64,000 nucleotides of DNA from contig JBIJDZ010000002.1 in assembly GCA_044343805.1 (NCBI GenBank), positions 5,402 through 69,401 on the forward strand, written 5' to 3'. The translations under genes and the position numbers were made by a program. Under the pieces are notes generated by a model. It had not been told where the DNA came from, ran no database searches, and was given only the letters and a program-made list of their open reading frames with translations. Of this stretch, positions 16,457 through 27,025 are shown one piece after another; positions within the stretch are counted from its first letter, which is position 1, and every line of letters begins with the position of its first letter. Source of the stretch: Chthoniobacterales bacterium. GTDB lineage: Bacteria > Verrucomicrobiota > Verrucomicrobiia > Chthoniobacterales > JACTMZ01.

Positions 16457-19400
16457 ATGAAACGCGTCTTGCCCCATCCTGAGAGACCCGATAAGCCGCA
16501 GCTTTGGCGCAGCTTGGACGAGTTGGCTGCCCGGCCTGAATTCGAGCAAATGCTCGAGCGCGAATTTCCAGCAGGCGCAGCCGAGTGGCAGGGCGGGGAC
16601 CTGTCGCGCCGCAATTTTCTCCAGCTGATGGGCGCCTCGATGGCCTTGGCCGGCGTGGGGCTGACCGGGTGTCGTCGTCCGGAAGCTTACCTTGTCCCTT
16701 TCACGCAGGGTGCCGAGTGGACGATTCCAGGAAAATTTCTTTACTACGCCACTTCACAACCTCGCCGCAATGGTGCCATGCCGCTCATCGCCACGACAAG
16801 CGATGGACGTCCGACCAAGCTGGAGGGCAATCCGTTGCACCCGATCAGCAACGGCAGCACGGATGCCTTTGCCCAAGCCTCGGTGCTTGATCTCTACGAT
16901 CCGAACCGCTCGAAGGACATCAAACGCGCTGGTGTCAAAACCGACGCAGTTGCTTGGGCCGAGCAGCTCAATGCAATCGGTGCCGCCGCCCAAGCCGATG
17001 GCGGGGATGGGTTGGCGTTTTTGGTTGAACGTGTCGATTCGCCGAGTCGCGACCGCTTGCTGGCGGAGCTGCGACGCAAGTTTCCCAAAATTCTCTGGGC
17101 CGAATACGAGCCCCTTGGAGCGACCGAGGCGAAGGTTGCCGCCACGGCATGTTTCGGGCCCGGCGTCGCCGTTGTTCCCGACTTCAGCCGCGCCGACAAG
17201 GTTCTCGCGGTGGACAGTGATTTTCTCAATCCGTCATTCAGCGGCATCGACCAAGTGCGCGCTTTCAGCGCCCGTCGTCGCGTCAGCGCGCCGGGTCAAC
17301 CGATGAATCGCCTGTATGTCGCCGAGACGCGCTACACGGGCACTGGCGGCATGTCCGATCATCGTTTACGGCTCAAACCTTCCGAGGTCGGCCCATTCTT
17401 GCGCGCTTTGGGTGCGCAAATTGCCGGACTGACGCAAGATACCATGCTGGCCAACGTGGTGGCTTCCTTCCCGCAGATTCCTTTCAATGCCGCCGCGGCT
17501 TGGATCACCGAGTGCGCCAAAGACCTTGCCGCCTCCTCCGGCAAAAGCATCATCGTCGTCGGAGACCAGCATCCGACTGCGGTGCAGGCTCTTGGGTTTG
17601 CCATCAACAAGGCGCTCGGCGCGTTCGGGCAGACCTTGCGAGGCATGAAAGTGCAGCGCCCCTCTACTGCCACTATCGCGGAATTGACCGCAGCGATGGA
17701 GGCCGGGCGGGTGAAAAACCTCCTCATTCTCGGCGGCAACCCTGTGTACAATGCTCCGGCTGATTTGCGTTTTGCCGATCTGCTCGGCGGAGTGCCGACG
17801 ACGGTGCGCCTCGGTCTTTACGAGGACGAGACATCAGCCCTCTGCCAATGGCATGTGCCGCAGGCGCATTATTTGGAAAGCTGGGGCGATGCCCGCAGTG
17901 CTGATGGTACGTTGTGTGCGGTCCAACCGATGATCCTTCCGCTCTGGAACGGTGTTTCCGAGTTGGAGATTCTCAATCGCCTCGCTGGCAACGAAGAGCC
18001 GATCGGCCCCCAGTTGGTGCGCGAGACCTTTGCGGAGTCGGCCAAAGGCGGCGACCTAGAAGCCAAATGGTCGCAATTTCTCCGTCAGGGATTTTTGCCT
18101 GATTCGGCTTGGCCCGATGCAGCTTTGAATTTCAATGCCGGCGGGGCGGTTGCGACGTTCAACGATTATCGTCCGGTCAACTCCGAAGGGTTCGAAGTTG
18201 CCTTCACACCGAGCAGCACGCTCGATGACGGACGCTACGCCAACAACGGTTGGCTGCAGGAAACCCCGGATATGGTGACCAAGGTCACTTGGGACAACGC
18301 CGCCTTGCTGAGTCCCGCCACCGCAAAAGCGCTCGGCATTTCCGACGGTGATATGATTGAGCTTTCATCCGGCGACCGCGCGATCCAAGCAGCGGCACTC
18401 ATTGCGCCCGGACACGCCGATGGCGTCTGCAGTATTTCTCTTGGCTACGGACGGAAGAATGTCACGCATGTTTCAGACAAAGTCGGTTTCAACGCCTATC
18501 CGCTGCGGACGACAAACAGCATGTCATTTGCGGCGAATGCCACGCTCAAGCGCACCGGCGCCAAACACAAATTTGCCGAGACGCAAACGCACCAGAGCAT
18601 GGAGGGTCGCGACTTGGTGCGTGAGGGCACGGCCGAGCGTTACGCCCAAGAACCCACTTTCGCGCAAACGATGGGTATGGACGGACATATCCCGCCCAAC
18701 ATTTCGCTCTATACCCATCCGACGCTCACCTCCAAGGAGCAGTGGGGCATGGCGGTGGATCTCAGCACCTGCACGGGGTGCAACGCCTGCGTCGTCGCCT
18801 GCCAAGCGGAAAACAACGTGCCGATTGTGGGCAAAGACCAAGTCTCGCGCGGCCGCAACATGGCGTGGATCCGCATGGATCGATACTTCGCTGGCGACGA
18901 GGAAGATCCCGAAATGCTCACGCAGGCCATCATGTGCCAGCACTGCGAGAATGCACCCTGCGAAACGGTTTGCCCGGTCAATGCGACTGTGCACAGCGAA
19001 GACGGCCTCAATCTCATGGCCTACAACCGCTGTATCGGCACGCGGTATTGCGCGAACAACTGCCCGTGGAAGGTCCGCCGTTTCAATTTCTTCGACTATA
19101 ACCAGCGCCCGCTCGACCAGCTCTACCTCGGGCCATTCGCCAAGAAAGGCATGGCCGACAGTCTGCAGATGTCGAAAAATCCGAACGTCACCGTCCGTAT
19201 GCGCGGCGTGATGGAGAAGTGTACCTACTGCATTCAACGCATCGAGGAAGCCCGCATCACCCATACGGTCAAAGCCGGTGCTTCGGACAAATCGAAGGTG
19301 CAGTTCCCCGAGGTCAAGAGCGCCTGTCAACAGGCTTGCCCTGCGGAAGCCATCGTCTTCGGCGACATCAACAACCCGAACAGTCGCGTGGCCAAACTCA

Positions 19401-19597
19401 AGACCGAGCCGCGCAATTACGAAATGCTGAAATATCTCAACGTCAGCCCGCGCACGACCTATCTCGCGCGGATCAAAAATCCTAACATGCGCATGCCCGG
19501 TGCGGATAAAGTCGGCTGGGCCAACGGACAGCCGCACCATGCCGGCAATGACGGCACGCACGGTGCCGCCCAAGCGACGGAGGCGCACGGAACCTGA
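16457..19597 (+). CDS. actB: Alternative Complex III subunit ActB (molybdopterin-oxidoreductase-like domain fused to a 4Fe-4S domain)
   Basis: 1046 aa. Tat motif [12 protein letters not shown], an MopB-like N-terminal part, and C-terminal ferredoxin-type Cys clusters ([37 protein letters not shown]). Confidence 0.9.
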   Translation: MKRVLPHPERPDKPQLWRSLDELAARPEFEQMLEREFPAGAAEWQGGDLSRRNFLQLMGASMALAGVGLTGCRRPEAYLVPFTQGAEWTIPGKFLYYATSQPRRNGAMPLIATTSDGRPTKLEGNPLHPISNGSTDAFAQASVLDLYDPNRSKDIKRAGVKTDAVAWAEQLNAIGAAAQADGGDGLAFLVERVDSPSRDRLLAELRRKFPKILWAEYEPLGATEAKVAATACFGPGVAVVPDFSRADKVLAVDSDFLNPSFSGIDQVRAFSARRRVSAPGQPMNRLYVAETRYTGTGGMSDHRLRLKPSEVGPFLRALGAQIAGLTQDTMLANVVASFPQIPFNAAAAWITECAKDLAASSGKSIIVVGDQHPTAVQALGFAINKALGAFGQTLRGMKVQRPSTATIAELTAAMEAGRVKNLLILGGNPVYNAPADLRFADLLGGVPTTVRLGLYEDETSALCQWHVPQAHYLESWGDARSADGTLCAVQPMILPLWNGVSELEILNRLAGNEEPIGPQLVRETFAESAKGGDLEAKWSQFLRQGFLPDSAWPDAALNFNAGGAVATFNDYRPVNSEGFEVAFTPSSTLDDGRYANNGWLQETPDMVTKVTWDNAALLSPATAKALGISDGDMIELSSGDRAIQAAALIAPGHADGVCSISLGYGRKNVTHVSDKVGFNAYPLRTTNSMSFAANATLKRTGAKHKFAETQTHQSMEGRDLVREGTAERYAQEPTFAQTMGMDGHIPPNISLYTHPTLTSKEQWGMAVDLSTCTGCNACVVACQAENNVPIVGKDQVSRGRNMAWIRMDRYFAGDEEDPEMLTQAIMCQHCENAPCETVCPVNATVHSEDGLNLMAYNRCIGTRYCANNCPWKVRRFNFFDYNQRPLDQLYLGPFAKKGMADSLQMSKNPNVTVRMRGVMEKCTYCIQRIEEARITHTVKAGASDKSKVQFPEVKSACQQACPAEAIVFGDINNPNSRVAKLKTEPRNYEMLKYLNVSPRTTYLARIKNPNMRMPGADKVGWANGQPHHAGNDGTHGAAQATEAHGT

Positions 19598-19599
19598 TT

Positions 19600-21027
19600 A
19601 TGGCGGACGCAATCATGCAAAGCCACGAAGCGGCGGCGAAGCGCATCGAGCGCGTTCCGCTCGTGCTGAACAATCGCCCGATGTCGTGGATCACCAACCA
19701 CGTGGCGTCGGTCACCGAGAAAAGCGCCCCGGTTTGGTGGTGGATTTTGTTCGGCCTCAGCTCCTCGCTCGCTGTCGTCAGTGTCTTGTGCATCGCTTAC
19801 CTCATCTCGACAGGCGTCGGCGTGTGGGGCTTGAACCATCCGGTTGGCTGGGCGTGGGACATCACCAACTTCGTGTTTTGGATCGGCATCGGTCACGCCG
19901 GCACACTTATTTCGGCCATCTTGTTCCTCACGCGGCAGAAATGGCGCACGTCGATCAATCGCGCGGCCGAGGCCATGACTCTCTTTGCGGTGGTTTGCGC
20001 CGGCATATTTCCGGCCATCCACGTCGGCCGAATCTGGATGGTATGGTTCCTCGCCCCCGTGCCGAACTCGAATGCCATCTGGCAAAACTTCCGCAGTCCG
20101 CTGCTCTGGGATGTGTTCGCCGTCTCCACCTACTTCACGGTGTCGGTGCTCTTTTGGTACACGGGCCTCGTGCCCGACTTGGCGACTCTGCGTGACCGGG
20201 CCAAAACCAAGCTGCGCAAGTTTTTCTACGGCATCCTCGCGCTCGGCTGGCGCGGCGGCAATCGCCAGTGGAAGCATTATGAGATGGCGTATCTCATCTT
20301 GGCCGGTCTGAGCACACCGCTCGTTTTGTCCGTGCACTCGGTGGTATCCTTCGACTTTGCCACATCGGTTATTCCCGGATGGCACACGACGATTTTCCCG
20401 CCTTACTTCGTGGCCGGCGCGATTTTCGGCGGCTTTGCCATGGTGCTGACGATCATGCTGCCTGCGCGGGCCATCTTCGGCTTGCATGACCTGATCACCG
20501 ACGACCACGTGGACAAGATGTGCAAGATCATCCTGCTGACGGGATCAATCGTCGGTTATGCCTACGCTATGGAGTTTTTCATCGCATGGTATGGCGGCAA
20601 CGCGTTCGAGCAATACGCCTTCATCAATCGCGCCACCGGGCCTTATTGGTGGGCTTACTGGTCGATGATTTTCTGCAACGTGGCGGCTCCGCAACTCTTT
20701 TGGTTCCGCTACTTCCGCCGCCACGTCATCTGGGTCTTTATCGTGTGCAACTTTGTCAACGCCGGCATGTGGTTCGAGCGCTTTGTTATCATCGTGACCT
20801 CGTTGCACCGCGACTTCCTGCCCTCGAGTTGGGGCATGTTTTACCCGACGTGGGTGGACATCTGGACATTTGTCGGCACGTTCGGCATTTTCCTCGCGCT
20901 CTTCCTGCTTTTTATCCGCTGGCTACCGATGATCTGTATTTTCGAAGTCAAAGCCGTTTTGCCCGAGGCTGATCCGCATCACGGGCATCATGAAGGCGAC
21001 CACGTCTTGAAAGGAGGGGCGCATTAA
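19600..21027 (+). CDS. actC: Alternative Complex III subunit ActC (NrfD/PsrC-like quinol-interacting membrane subunit)
   Basis: 475 aa polytopic NrfD-like protein immediately after actB (2-nt gap). Confidence 0.85.
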   Translation: MADAIMQSHEAAAKRIERVPLVLNNRPMSWITNHVASVTEKSAPVWWWILFGLSSSLAVVSVLCIAYLISTGVGVWGLNHPVGWAWDITNFVFWIGIGHAGTLISAILFLTRQKWRTSINRAAEAMTLFAVVCAGIFPAIHVGRIWMVWFLAPVPNSNAIWQNFRSPLLWDVFAVSTYFTVSVLFWYTGLVPDLATLRDRAKTKLRKFFYGILALGWRGGNRQWKHYEMAYLILAGLSTPLVLSVHSVVSFDFATSVIPGWHTTIFPPYFVAGAIFGGFAMVLTIMLPARAIFGLHDLITDDHVDKMCKIILLTGSIVGYAYAMEFFIAWYGGNAFEQYAFINRATGPYWWAYWSMIFCNVAAPQLFWFRYFRRHVIWVFIVCNFVNAGMWFERFVIIVTSLHRDFLPSSWGMFYPTWVDIWTFVGTFGIFLALFLLFIRWLPMICIFEVKAVLPEADPHHGHHEGDHVLKGGAH

Positions 21028-21028
21028 G

Positions 21029-21589
21029 ATGGAACGCGTCGGCAATCCCCAGGCTCCGATTTTCGGTATCGGGGCCGAAGTTCCTTCAGCATCCGCGCTT
21101 TACCACGTGGCGGAGAAAGTGCGCGATGCCGGCTACACCCGGTGGGATGTTTACTCGCCGTTTCCGATTCATGGTATGGATCACGCCATGGGGCTGAAGA
21201 AATCATGGCTGAGCGCCTTGGTTTTTATTGGCGGTATCACCGGCCTGACCATCGCGGCCTTGCTTCAGTTTTATCCCTCAAGCATCGAATACCCGCTGAT
21301 CGTGGCGGGAAAGCCGGTGAACTTTTTCACCGTGCCTGCTTTCTTCCCCATCATGTTCGAGTTGACGGTTTTGCTTTCCGCCTTCACGGCCACCTTCGGA
21401 ATGTTGGCTATTAATGGGTTGCCGCGCTGGAACCACCCAATTTTCAACTGGAACGCATTCAAAAAAGTCACCGACGACGGGTTCTTCCTCGTGATCGAGG
21501 CTTCCGACCCGAAGTTTGACGAAAATTCCACCCGCGAGATGCTCGACGGTCTCGGAGCCAGTCACATCACCATAGTGCACGGAGACTAA
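21029..21589 (+). CDS. actD: Alternative Complex III subunit ActD (DUF3341)
   Basis: 186 aa with two central TMs and a DUF3341-like sequence (YHVAEKVRDAGYTRWDVYSPFPIHGMD). 1-nt gap from actC. Confidence 0.8.
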   Translation: MERVGNPQAPIFGIGAEVPSASALYHVAEKVRDAGYTRWDVYSPFPIHGMDHAMGLKKSWLSALVFIGGITGLTIAALLQFYPSSIEYPLIVAGKPVNFFTVPAFFPIMFELTVLLSAFTATFGMLAINGLPRWNHPIFNWNAFKKVTDDGFFLVIEASDPKFDENSTREMLDGLGASHITIVHGD

Positions 21590-21590
21590 T

Positions 21591-22277
21591 ATGCTGCGCT
21601 ACTTTTTCATCGCTCTCGGTTTGTTTCTTGTCTTGCTCGTGGCTGTGGCCGGTTTTCGTGGACAAAAAAGCTCCAAGCCCCCGATCGAAATCTTTCCCGA
21701 TATGGATCATCAGCCGAAGGTGAAGGCGCAAGCCCCGAGCGATTTCTTTGCTGATGACCGCGGGAACCGTCTGCCTGTAGCCGGAACAGTTCCGCTCGGG
21801 TATGAGATGCCTTTGTCCAAGGAGAACCCGTTCCCGGATGAAGGCAAATACCGGACGGTGCGTTACTCGTCGGGAACGGATTACCTCAACTCTGGGAGAT
21901 TCGGAGATCGCTGGGGCACCGGTATCCCGTTGCCGGTGACCGCCGAATTGCTGCAGCGGGGCCAAGAACGTTACACCATTTTCTGCGGTGTTTGCCATGG
22001 CGCCAGCGGAGCCGGAAATGGCGTGGCGGGGCAATACGGTCTGGTGGCCATTGCGAGCTTGCATCAGGACCGCCTGCGCAACATGGCGGACGGGGAGATT
22101 TACAACACCATTACGCACGGAAAAAACACCATGCTTGGATACGGTGCTTCGATTCCCTTGGATGATCGCTGGGCGATCGTGGCTTATGTCCGTGCCTTGC
22201 AGCTATCGCAGAATGCGACTTTGAATGATGTTCCGTCCGATGAGCGATCAAAACTGGAGACACCTGCGCAACCATGA
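21591..22277 (+). CDS. actE: Alternative Complex III subunit ActE, monoheme cytochrome c
   Basis: N-terminal TM, a single CGVCHG heme motif, and TMLGYG containing the candidate Met ligand. Confidence 0.8.
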   Translation: MLRYFFIALGLFLVLLVAVAGFRGQKSSKPPIEIFPDMDHQPKVKAQAPSDFFADDRGNRLPVAGTVPLGYEMPLSKENPFPDEGKYRTVRYSSGTDYLNSGRFGDRWGTGIPLPVTAELLQRGQERYTIFCGVCHGASGAGNGVAGQYGLVAIASLHQDRLRNMADGEIYNTITHGKNTMLGYGASIPLDDRWAIVAYVRALQLSQNATLNDVPSDERSKLETPAQP

Positions 22278-23470
22278 GTGAGAGCAATACCCAATCTCCG
22301 GCGAAGGAATATTTCGACTACCAAGGATTCGGCGGAAAGCTGATCCTTGTCGCGGCGGTCGCATTGGTTGCGATCGTCCTGGCTGTGATCGGATCGATCA
22401 GCGCGCCCAAGCAATTTGCCTTCTCATGGCTTTTTGCTTTCACCTTTTTCTTCACGATTGCGGCGGGTTCGCTTTTCTGGGTGATTGTGCACCACGCCGT
22501 GGATGCCGACTGGAGCGTGGTCGTGCGCCGGCAACTGGAGAACGTTGCTTGGCTTTTCCCTGTGTTGGCGATCTTGTTCATCCCGATCATCCTCAACGCA
22601 CCTACGCTGTTCAAATGGATGAAGATCGCGCCGGGCGTCGATCCTTTGCTCGACGGGAAAGCCGCCTACCTCAACCAGCCCTTTTTCTGGGCGCGGGCGG
22701 CCTTTTATTTTCTCTTTTTCTGCGTGGCGACCTGGTTCCTCCGGCGCAATTCTCTGCGGCAGGACAAAGACGGTGATGCCCGCTACACGTGGTCTTCGCG
22801 CAAGGCGGTGTTTCCCATGCTGCCTCTTTTTGCTATTTCTCTGACCTTCGGTGCGGTGGATTGGCTGATGGGCTTGGACTTCCACTGGTTCTCGACCATG
22901 TGGGGCGTTTACATTTTTGCCGGATCGGCTCTGAGTTCGATGTGTGTATTGGTGCTTTTGGTCACGGCGCTGCGCAGCGCGGGATATTTGCAAGGCGTGA
23001 TCTCCATCGAGCACTACCACATCATGGGCAAGCTCATGTTGGCCTTCACGGTCTTCTGGGCCTACATCGGTTTCAGCCAATACATGCTCATCTGGTATGC
23101 GAACATTCCGGAGGAAACCGTCTATTTTCTGCGACGCAACACCGGAAGTTGGAATACGCTCAACATCATCATGGTGGTCGGACACTTCTTCCTGCCATTT
23201 GTCATTTTGCTTTTCCAAGCAACCAAGAAAAAGCCTTTGCTCCTTTGCGCCGTTGCCGTCTGGATTCTGCTGATGCATATCCTCGACATGTACATCATCG
23301 TGCTGCCGACTTATCACAAAGCCGGCTTTGCCCCGCATTGGCTCGACCTTGTCTCATTCTTGGCAATCGGGGCCACGCTGGCTGCCGTCTTTATGAAGCG
23401 CTTGGGCGACACACCTCTCTGGCCGCTTCGTGATCCACGCTTGGCCAACTCACTGCGTTTGAAAAACTGA
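22274..23470 (+). CDS. actF: Alternative Complex III subunit ActF (second NrfD-like membrane subunit)
   Basis: 398 aa polytopic protein. ATGA overlap with actE. Position and topology match ActF. Confidence 0.8.
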   Translation: MSESNTQSPAKEYFDYQGFGGKLILVAAVALVAIVLAVIGSISAPKQFAFSWLFAFTFFFTIAAGSLFWVIVHHAVDADWSVVVRRQLENVAWLFPVLAILFIPIILNAPTLFKWMKIAPGVDPLLDGKAAYLNQPFFWARAAFYFLFFCVATWFLRRNSLRQDKDGDARYTWSSRKAVFPMLPLFAISLTFGAVDWLMGLDFHWFSTMWGVYIFAGSALSSMCVLVLLVTALRSAGYLQGVISIEHYHIMGKLMLAFTVFWAYIGFSQYMLIWYANIPEETVYFLRRNTGSWNTLNIIMVVGHFFLPFVILLFQATKKKPLLLCAVAVWILLMHILDMYIIVLPTYHKAGFAPHWLDLVSFLAIGATLAAVFMKRLGDTPLWPLRDPRLANSLRLKN

Positions 23471-23922
23471 TGGACGCTCCACAAACACCCACACCCACGC
23501 AGCCCGCCAAGAGGACTTGGCCGATCTTTGTCGGCACGTTTGCCCTCTTTGCGCTCTTCGCGGGCTTTGTGCAATGGATGTTGGCCACGAGCGATCGCGC
23601 GGCGTTCGACGAAGAGGCGATCCGAGCCCAGGAGCGCTACGAGATTCTTGCCAAGATCAACGAGGAGAATGCCAAACTTACCGCGGGATACGCCTGGAGC
23701 GATCCGGCCAAAAAGACTGTCCGGTTGCCGCTTGAGCGCGCGATGGAATTGATCGTGCAGCGTTTGGCCGCCCAAGGCGAGCCCAAGCCGGTTTATCCGG
23801 TTGATCCGAGTGTTCCGCTGGGTTCCGCTGTGAAACCGGGAGGTTTAGCTGCCCCGCAGCCAACTCCGCCACCATTCAGTTCAGTGATCGCGCCAGCAAC
23901 CGAGGAGGTCGTCGCCCCATGA
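23470..23922 (+). CDS. Hypothetical single-TM protein linking the act and cco modules (possible ActG analogue or cbb3 assembly factor)
   Basis: 150 aa: one TM (WPIFVGTFALFALFAGFVQWMLA), then a soluble domain with a Pro-rich tail. The start overlaps the actF stop by 1 nt and the stop overlaps ccoS by 4 nt. I recognise no motif. Confidence 0.4.
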   Translation: MDAPQTPTPTQPAKRTWPIFVGTFALFALFAGFVQWMLATSDRAAFDEEAIRAQERYEILAKINEENAKLTAGYAWSDPAKKTVRLPLERAMELIVQRLAAQGEPKPVYPVDPSVPLGSAVKPGGLAAPQPTPPPFSSVIAPATEEVVAP

Positions 23923-24149
23923 ACGTCGTGACCTATATTTTGCTGGCTGGCGGTTTGGTCTTTTTCGGCGGAACGACGCTTGGTGCTTTTTACTGGGCGG
24001 CTCGGACCGGCCAGTTCCGTAATCTTGAGGATGGCTCGAAGTCCATTTTTGACGCCGAAGAACCCGAGGGGACTGCAACCGACGTGTTTGCCGACAAATT
24101 GGCCGACCGTCCGGTGCGGCAACCCATGACTGCAAAAAGAGAATTTTGA
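23919..24149 (+). CDS. ccoS: cbb3-type cytochrome oxidase maturation protein CcoS/FixS
   Basis: 76 aa: one TM followed by FYWAARTGQFRNLEDGSKSIFDAEE, matching the CcoS signature (W..+sGQ[FY]dDLe...i..d). Confidence 0.8.
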   Translation: MNVVTYILLAGGLVFFGGTTLGAFYWAARTGQFRNLEDGSKSIFDAEEPEGTATDVFADKLADRPVRQPMTAKREF

Positions 24150-25621
24150 ACATGAATGAGACTGTGACAGCGGCTTCCTCCGTGGCGGCCGAACAAGCCA
24201 AGAGAGAGCGGGCCGAGATTGATGCTTCCACGCGCTTGCCGGTCATTCTTTTTTATGGCTCGGCTATTTTTTGGCTGCTGATCGGCACTCTTTTCGCGCT
24301 GCTCGCTTCGTTCAAAATGAACGCTCCGCAATTACTCGATCAATGGGGTTGGCTCACCTTCGGCCGCGTGCGCCCGGCGCATCTCAATGCTGTGGCCTAC
24401 GGGTGGGCTGCGCCGGCTGGGATTGGCACGGGATTATGGTTGATGGCCCGTCTCTGCCGCACGCCCTTGCGGCACACGAAGCTTTTGCTCAGCGCCGCCA
24501 TTTTCTGGAATATCGGTATTCTCCTCGGTATTTTCGGCATTCTTGCCGGTGACGGTCGATCGATCGAGTGGTTGGAATTCCCCAATTACGCAAGCTTCAT
24601 GCTCTTTGTGTCCTTCGGCCTTATTGCCGTCTGGGGTGTGATTATGTTCCGCTTCCGCCAACCCGGGCACGTTTACGTGAGCCAGTGGTATCTGCTCGCG
24701 GCCTTTCTGTGGTTCCCGTGGCTTTATTCAACGGCCAACCTGCTGCTCAACTTCGAGCCGATCCAAGGCGGAGCACAGGGGGCGGTCAACTGGTGGTATG
24801 GTCACAATGCCCTTGGCCTGTGGTTCACTCCAATTGGCTTGGCTACGGCTTATTATCTGATCCCGAAAGTTCTTGGGCGCCCCATCCACAGCTACTACTT
24901 GAGCATTCTCGGTTTTTGGACCCTTGCGCTCTTCTACAGCTGGAACGGCATGCACCACCTCATTGGCGGGCCCTTCCCTGCATGGTTGGTCAGCGCCAGC
25001 GTGGTTGCGAGCGTTATGATGTTTATTCCGGTCATCACGACGGCCATCAATCACCACATGACGGTGCGTGGAAACTTTCAGGCGCTCAAGTGGAGCCCTA
25101 CTCTCCGATTCACTGTCTTCGGCGCGATGTGCTACACGCTGGCCAGCGTGCAGGGGAGCTTCATGGCGATCCCTTCGCTCAACATCATCACGCACTTCAC
25201 CCATTACACCGTCGGCCACGCGCACCTTGGACTGTACGCCTTTTTTACCATGATCATGTTTGGTGCGATGTATTATATTCTGCCACGCGTGGTCGGTTGG
25301 GAATGGCCCTCGGCCCGATTGATACGCTGGCATTTCTGGCTTGTGGCCATCGGGATTGGGATGATGGTTGTGGTCCTGACCATCGGAGGTCTTTTGCAAG
25401 GTCTGGCACTGCTTGATCCCGGTATCACCTTCATGGCGACTCTCGATTACACCAAGCCATGGCTATTCCTGCGCAGTGTCTCGGGCATCCTGCTTACGGC
25501 CGGTCACATCGTTTTCGCGGTGAGCTTCACCATGCTCTTGCTCAAAGTGGGAGCGCGCAAAGAATCGCCGACACTGTTTGGCGCAGAACAGGGATCGAAA
25601 GAGGAGGCCCCTGCCGTATGA
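24146..25621 (+). CDS. ccoN: cbb3-type cytochrome c oxidase subunit I (CcoN)
   Basis: 491 aa. NWWYGHNALGLWFTPIGLATAYYLIPKV...SYYLSILGFW...WNGMHHL, a typical CcoN sequence. Confidence 0.9.
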   Translation: MNMNETVTAASSVAAEQAKRERAEIDASTRLPVILFYGSAIFWLLIGTLFALLASFKMNAPQLLDQWGWLTFGRVRPAHLNAVAYGWAAPAGIGTGLWLMARLCRTPLRHTKLLLSAAIFWNIGILLGIFGILAGDGRSIEWLEFPNYASFMLFVSFGLIAVWGVIMFRFRQPGHVYVSQWYLLAAFLWFPWLYSTANLLLNFEPIQGGAQGAVNWWYGHNALGLWFTPIGLATAYYLIPKVLGRPIHSYYLSILGFWTLALFYSWNGMHHLIGGPFPAWLVSASVVASVMMFIPVITTAINHHMTVRGNFQALKWSPTLRFTVFGAMCYTLASVQGSFMAIPSLNIITHFTHYTVGHAHLGLYAFFTMIMFGAMYYILPRVVGWEWPSARLIRWHFWLVAIGIGMMVVVLTIGGLLQGLALLDPGITFMATLDYTKPWLFLRSVSGILLTAGHIVFAVSFTMLLLKVGARKESPTLFGAEQGSKEEAPAV

Positions 25622-26241
25622 ACAGGATGTCAGTCATCGTCGTCGGTATTTTTCTGACCTTTCTCAGTTCATGGGTCGGGTTGGTCGCTTATCCTTATCT
25701 GTCACTGGGACGGTATTTGCCTGTTACGGATGAAAATACCGGAGATATCAACCCGCCCCCGCTCTCGGGATTGGCGGTTAAGGGTCAGCAGGTTTACGCG
25801 TCGGCCGGATGTATCTATTGCCACAGCCAACAAGTGCGCCAAGTCGGCTACGGATCCGACCTCGAACGCGGTTGGGGTGCGCGTCCGACCGTGGCACGTG
25901 ACTACATGCGCGAAAAAACTGTCTTCTTGGGCACCATGCGGACCGGTCCAGATCTGACCAACATTGGCGCCCGCCAGCCGAGCGCCATGTGGCATCACCA
26001 GCACCTGTATCAACCCGGCGTCGTCAGTCCCGGGTCCATCATGCCAGCCTACCGCTATCTTTACCGCACGCAGAAGATCGAGGGTGAGCGTTCGGCCAAT
26101 GCGATCGATTTGCTCCCGCCCGATGCACCTGCGGAGGGCTACGAAATCGTCCCGACTGCTGATGCTGAAGCATTGGTGGCTTATTTGCAGTCCTTGAATC
26201 GTAACTACCCGCTGCCGGAGGCTCCGGAACCGCCGCAATGA
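25618..26241 (+). CDS. ccoO: cbb3-type cytochrome c oxidase subunit II (CcoO), monoheme
   Basis: The ATG at 25618 overlaps the ccoN stop (ATGA). N-terminal TM, then GQQVYASAGCIYCHSQQVR and GPDLTNIG, typical of CcoO. Confidence 0.85.
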   Translation: MNRMSVIVVGIFLTFLSSWVGLVAYPYLSLGRYLPVTDENTGDINPPPLSGLAVKGQQVYASAGCIYCHSQQVRQVGYGSDLERGWGARPTVARDYMREKTVFLGTMRTGPDLTNIGARQPSAMWHHQHLYQPGVVSPGSIMPAYRYLYRTQKIEGERSANAIDLLPPDAPAEGYEIVPTADAEALVAYLQSLNRNYPLPEAPEPPQ

Positions 26242-27023
26242 GCGACGAACTAAAAAATACTCCAAAAGATTTGCCGGATACTTTCCAGACTCACCTGGAA
26301 AGCGACGATATCGATGTGCGCGACGTGCATGGTGCGATTCTGCGCGAGAAAGACGATCCTCGCGACGGATACGAACCCATTCCTTTGTGGCTGGTTTCGT
26401 CGTTCATGGCATTGGTTTTCTGGGCTGGAGCATATCTTGCGTTCTACAGCGGTGGTTTCCAAGCCGATGTCTTCGATCCTTCCCAAGTCGCATGGGCAGG
26501 TGGAGGCGCCGCGGCGACCAAGGGTCCACCCGACCCCATGGTGGTGGGCAAACGTCTCTACACCGCGAATTGCTTGGCCTGCCACCAGGCTACGGGTCAG
26601 GGTGTAGCCGGACAATTTCCCGCCCTAGTCGGCAGCGAATGGGTGCTCGGCGGCGACTGGCACGGCGACAACCACCTCGTGAAAATCTTGCTGCACGGTT
26701 TGCAGGGACCGATCCAAGTGAAAGGTGATACCTACAATGGGGCCATGCCGCCGTGGAAGCAGCTCAAGGACGAACAGATTGCCATGATCCTCACCTACAT
26801 CCGCAACGAATGGGGCAACAGCGCGCCGCCCATCACGGCCGAGCAGGTGGCGAAGGTTCGTGCAGAGACCGCGGCGCAAACCGAGCCCTACACGCAGAAC
26901 CAATTGAAGGCGATCCCCGCCGTCAAATATGACACGCCCCCGGTCGGCGCACCGGCGGAAGGCGAAGCCGTCCCGCCCGCTCCGACCCAAGCACCACCCG
27001 CCACCCCCCTCCCCGCCGCCTGA
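26238..27023 (+). CDS. Membrane-anchored monoheme cytochrome c in the CcoP position, with a Pro/Ala-rich C-terminal tail
   Basis: One TM (LWLVSSFMALVFWAGAYLAFY), a single CLACHQ motif and GAMPPW (Met ligand), and a C-terminal tail PPVGAPAEGEAVPPAPTQAPPATPLPAA. No second CxxCH. Confidence 0.7.
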   Translation: MSDELKNTPKDLPDTFQTHLESDDIDVRDVHGAILREKDDPRDGYEPIPLWLVSSFMALVFWAGAYLAFYSGGFQADVFDPSQVAWAGGGAAATKGPPDPMVVGKRLYTANCLACHQATGQGVAGQFPALVGSEWVLGGDWHGDNHLVKILLHGLQGPIQVKGDTYNGAMPPWKQLKDEQIAMILTYIRNEWGNSAPPITAEQVAKVRAETAAQTEPYTQNQLKAIPAVKYDTPPVGAPAEGEAVPPAPTQAPPATPLPAA

Positions 27024-27025
27024 TC

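Noticed and set aside
18524-20508. 354-aa and 349-aa minus-strand ORFs
   Set aside because: They are antisense to actB and actC, with no motifs and biased composition.
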